A stretch of 64,000 nt of DNA from Nitrosopumilaceae archaeon (GTDB taxonomy: Archaea > Thermoproteota > Nitrososphaeria > Nitrososphaerales > Nitrosopumilaceae), in the NCBI GenBank assembly GCA_965214835.1, contig CBDCCK010000002.1, positions 3,072,001-3,136,000 on the forward strand, read 5' to 3'. Both the position numbers and the translations under genes were made by a program. Each line of letters begins with the position of its first letter. Positions within the stretch are counted from its first letter, which is position 1. The notes below the pieces were generated by a model. That model did not search any database. It had not been told where the DNA came from and worked only from the letters and a program-made list of their open reading frames with translations. This document shows, piece after piece, positions 61,549 through 64,000 of this stretch.

Positions 61549-61842
61549 ATGGCATCAGCTATCATCATACCCATAGTCATCGTGGCAATACTGGGACTAG
61601 CCGGATACCTGGTTTACAGATACGCGCTGTTTGATGCGCTGTGCAAGAGCTCAATCAATAAAACCCTAAGGAAATACGACATACAAAAAACGCCATTTGA
61701 GATCATACAAGAGTTCTACAAGAGCAGGGGGGAGGCGCTGTCTGAGAGGGAGATCAGGGAGCTGGAGAAAAAATACAGGCAGACTGATCCTGACGAGTTC
61801 CTGGCAATGTACGACTCAATCAGGGAGGATCGGGAAAAGTAG
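61549..61842 (+). CDS. Hypothetical membrane-anchored protein
   Basis: N-terminal TM helix and charged C-terminus. Confidence 0.7.
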   Translation: MASAIIIPIVIVAILGLAGYLVYRYALFDALCKSSINKTLRKYDIQKTPFEIIQEFYKSRGEALSEREIRELEKKYRQTDPDEFLAMYDSIREDREK

Positions 61843-61844
61843 GA

Positions 61845-62711
61845 TCAGGGATTCGTCGGGATTTGAATGAACGGGGTTCCGCCCTCGCCGACAACAAGCG
61901 GAAGCTTTCCGTCCCAGGCCTGCGTCTTGAGCCATTCCAGATAGTTCGGATTTTGTGCAAGTGCATCGTTGATGATCCTGATTGCCTCGGCCTCACCCTG
62001 CGCCTCTGCAATGTTTGCAGCGGCCACGCCCTTTGCCTGCTGCTCGTTCTGCCTTGCCTCCACCTCGATTCGTCGAAGATCATTTTCAGCCTTGAGCGCT
62101 TTTTGCTCTGCCTCGACCTTGGCCTCTATGGCAGCTGCAAAGAGGGGGGAGAACTGAAAGTCGGTGATGGAGATTACTTCGGTGACGATATTAAAGCCGT
62201 TGAGACGATCGGTGATTTCACGTTCAATGTCTGCCTTGACTGCGGGCCTTTTGGTGATGAGCTCCTCTGCGTTATAGTTGGCAGTAACCTGCTTTACAAC
62301 CTCCTCAACAGCAGGCTGGATTATCCTGTTTTCATAGTCAAGGCCGACATTTTGGTACAAAAAGTGGACTGATTCCGGGGAGGGGTGATAGTTGACAGTC
62401 ACGGCAGTAGAGACGGTCTGCAGATCCTTGGATGCCGATGAGGTGGACTTGACATACTTGAGGGTCCTGATTTCAATATCCACTACAGAGTCGGCAAAGG
62501 GGGTGACAAAATGCAGTCCCTCATCAAGGGGCGGGACGGTTGTGTCAACTGCATTCCAGTGCAGCAGCACGCCGCGGTGTCCGGCATCAACAATTTGTAC
62601 AGACGCATATGCCACGACGCCAATCACGATCAGGATGACAATTCCAATGGCAGCGCCCTTGGCTGCCCCCATGTTTACGGTCATTTTGGGGGACTGGTAT
62701 TTGGACAACAA
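61845..62711 (-). CDS. Prohibitin/SPFH family protein
   Basis: GHRGV, EGLHF, SKDLQ, AAIEAKVEAEQ, WDGKLP motifs. Confidence 0.93.
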   Translation of the reverse strand: MLSKYQSPKMTVNMGAAKGAAIGIVILIVIGVVAYASVQIVDAGHRGVLLHWNAVDTTVPPLDEGLHFVTPFADSVVDIEIRTLKYVKSTSSASKDLQTVSTAVTVNYHPSPESVHFLYQNVGLDYENRIIQPAVEEVVKQVTANYNAEELITKRPAVKADIEREITDRLNGFNIVTEVISITDFQFSPLFAAAIEAKVEAEQKALKAENDLRRIEVEARQNEQQAKGVAAANIAEAQGEAEAIRIINDALAQNPNYLEWLKTQAWDGKLPLVVGEGGTPFIQIPTNP

Positions 62712-62756
62712 AATAGCGCGGTATTGCCAACTAATATACTAAGCTGAGATCGCCAT

Positions 62757-62841
62757 GCCAGGAGCTTGCCCCCTAGGCGACACTGCAGTCCAGGGACTTC
62801 ATGCCTGTCATGCCGCATCTTCCGGAGGGGCAGACTCTTAC
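62757..62841. mobile_element. MITE family A copy 3
   Basis: gagcttgcccc...ggggcagactcttac; TSD atcgccat/accgccat. Confidence 0.7.
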
Positions 62842-62910
62842 ACCGCCATGAAACTAGCACCGCAGAAACCAAGCAATAGGTTTATCCGGCTCTAGACGCA
62901 ATAAAAGAGA

Positions 62911-63306
62911 TTGGCAAACGAGTTCATGTGGCTGTACTTGGCGGTTTTCTTGGCAATCCCGCTAGTCAGAGTGCTGCCAAGAATAATACGCAAGCTGAAA
63001 AGCGAGTACCCGGGAGAGGAGGAATACTCCAAAGCCGGCGGATGGAACGTGCGGACGACACAAAGGCCAGACGAGTCGCTAGGGCCTCAAAATAACGACA
63101 TGCTGATACTGGGGCAGATGATTGCAGGTGCAAAGACGTTTGAGGCCATTCAAAAGCATACACGTCTTTCAGACAAAAGACTCGATGCAGAACTGCAGGA
63201 TTTAGAGTCCAGAGGCATGATCAGGGTAGAGCAAAAGCAGGGACTGCTGGGGCCAAGGGTGGAAATCCATCCTACCAGCAAGGGGCTAAGGGAGTTCCAT
63301 AACTAG
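62911..63306 (+). CDS. Membrane-anchored winged-helix protein
   Basis: N-terminal hydrophobic segment; LQDLESRGMI...TSKG wHTH. Confidence 0.7.
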   Translation: MANEFMWLYLAVFLAIPLVRVLPRIIRKLKSEYPGEEEYSKAGGWNVRTTQRPDESLGPQNNDMLILGQMIAGAKTFEAIQKHTRLSDKRLDAELQDLESRGMIRVEQKQGLLGPRVEIHPTSKGLREFHN

Positions 63307-63381
63307 TGTAAAAAAACCAGCCAGACGGATCAACAAAGATCAACCGAATGTTAATAAGGCGATGGTACCGTACCATACGGT

Positions 63382-63729
63382 ATGATGAAGACACGATCAA
63401 GATACGTGCCAATCGAGGTAGCCGATCAGTTCGGCGGCTTTATCATAAGGCGCGATGAACAGGTTCTTGATGCCGTAAAGGCAAGAACCAGAGACTATAG
63501 TACGCTTTCCCTCCTAAAGCTCCTATACCAGGTAAGGGGAAGGCCGTTGACGTTTTCAGCCCTGTATGCAAAGTCAAAGATCAGAATGAAGAGGTCGTTT
63601 CTCAACTACCTGGACCTGTGCGTTGATTACAACTTTATCAAGAAGGAGGCTGTCGGCGCAAACGTGATCTACTCGATTACGGACAAGGGCAGGACGATGC
63701 TGGAACTGTTCATGCATAAAGGTAATTAG
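63382..63729 (+). CDS. Winged-helix DNA-binding protein
   Basis: FLNYL...FI....YSITDKGR motif. Confidence 0.78.
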   Translation: MMKTRSRYVPIEVADQFGGFIIRRDEQVLDAVKARTRDYSTLSLLKLLYQVRGRPLTFSALYAKSKIRMKRSFLNYLDLCVDYNFIKKEAVGANVIYSITDKGRTMLELFMHKGN

Positions 63730-63745
63730 ACAGGATAATTTGCGA

Positions 63746-64000
63746 TGTATTATATGAAAATTATGTCGCACCATCACCGGTATCCTCCTCCATCCATTTC
63801 GGGTTGCTTTTCCTGATCGCATCTGTGGCCTCCCTGTCGGAGAATGCTCGCAGAGGCGTCTCGTAGTTGTCTATATCCAGCGACCAGTGCAGCCTGTCCT
63901 CGTTGTAATAGCCGATATATGCAGACAGGCTCTCGTGGTTCCATATCTCCTCCTCGATGCTCCGATGGAAGCGCTCCAGCTTGCCGTTGGTCTGCGGGTG
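63746..64000 (-). mobile_element. IS481-family element, second copy (runs off the window)
   Basis: TIR tgtattatatgaaaattatgtcgcac; near-identical to 30595-30849. Confidence 0.92.

Overview
Archaeal chromosome segment, almost certainly Nitrosopumilaceae/Thaumarchaeota (TBP, Sec61beta, Tsr3, type II MetAP, DUF2070, DUF1512, CofG/CofH). The fairly high GC, a 4.8k-aa repetitive surface protein and heavy IS/MITE load resemble Cenarchaeum-like sponge symbionts (inference). Core genes alternate with decayed accessory patches: IS630, two IS66, IS481, intact and degenerate ISH3, IS5 remnants, about five MITE families, several toxin-antitoxin/defence modules (some IS-inactivated), a DUF3800 gene with a structured 3' RNA, and housekeeping-gene fragments (aspS, rps8e, ABC ATPase). 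The most unusual signal is three unrelated, isolated repeat-spacer-repeat units with CRISPR-like dimensions (36-38 bp exact repeats around 33-38 bp unique inserts). One lies in an IS remnant, one is intergenic and one is in frame inside htrA. They look like target-site duplications from off-target Cas1-Cas2-type integration. No cas genes are in the window. All coordinates were read by eye.
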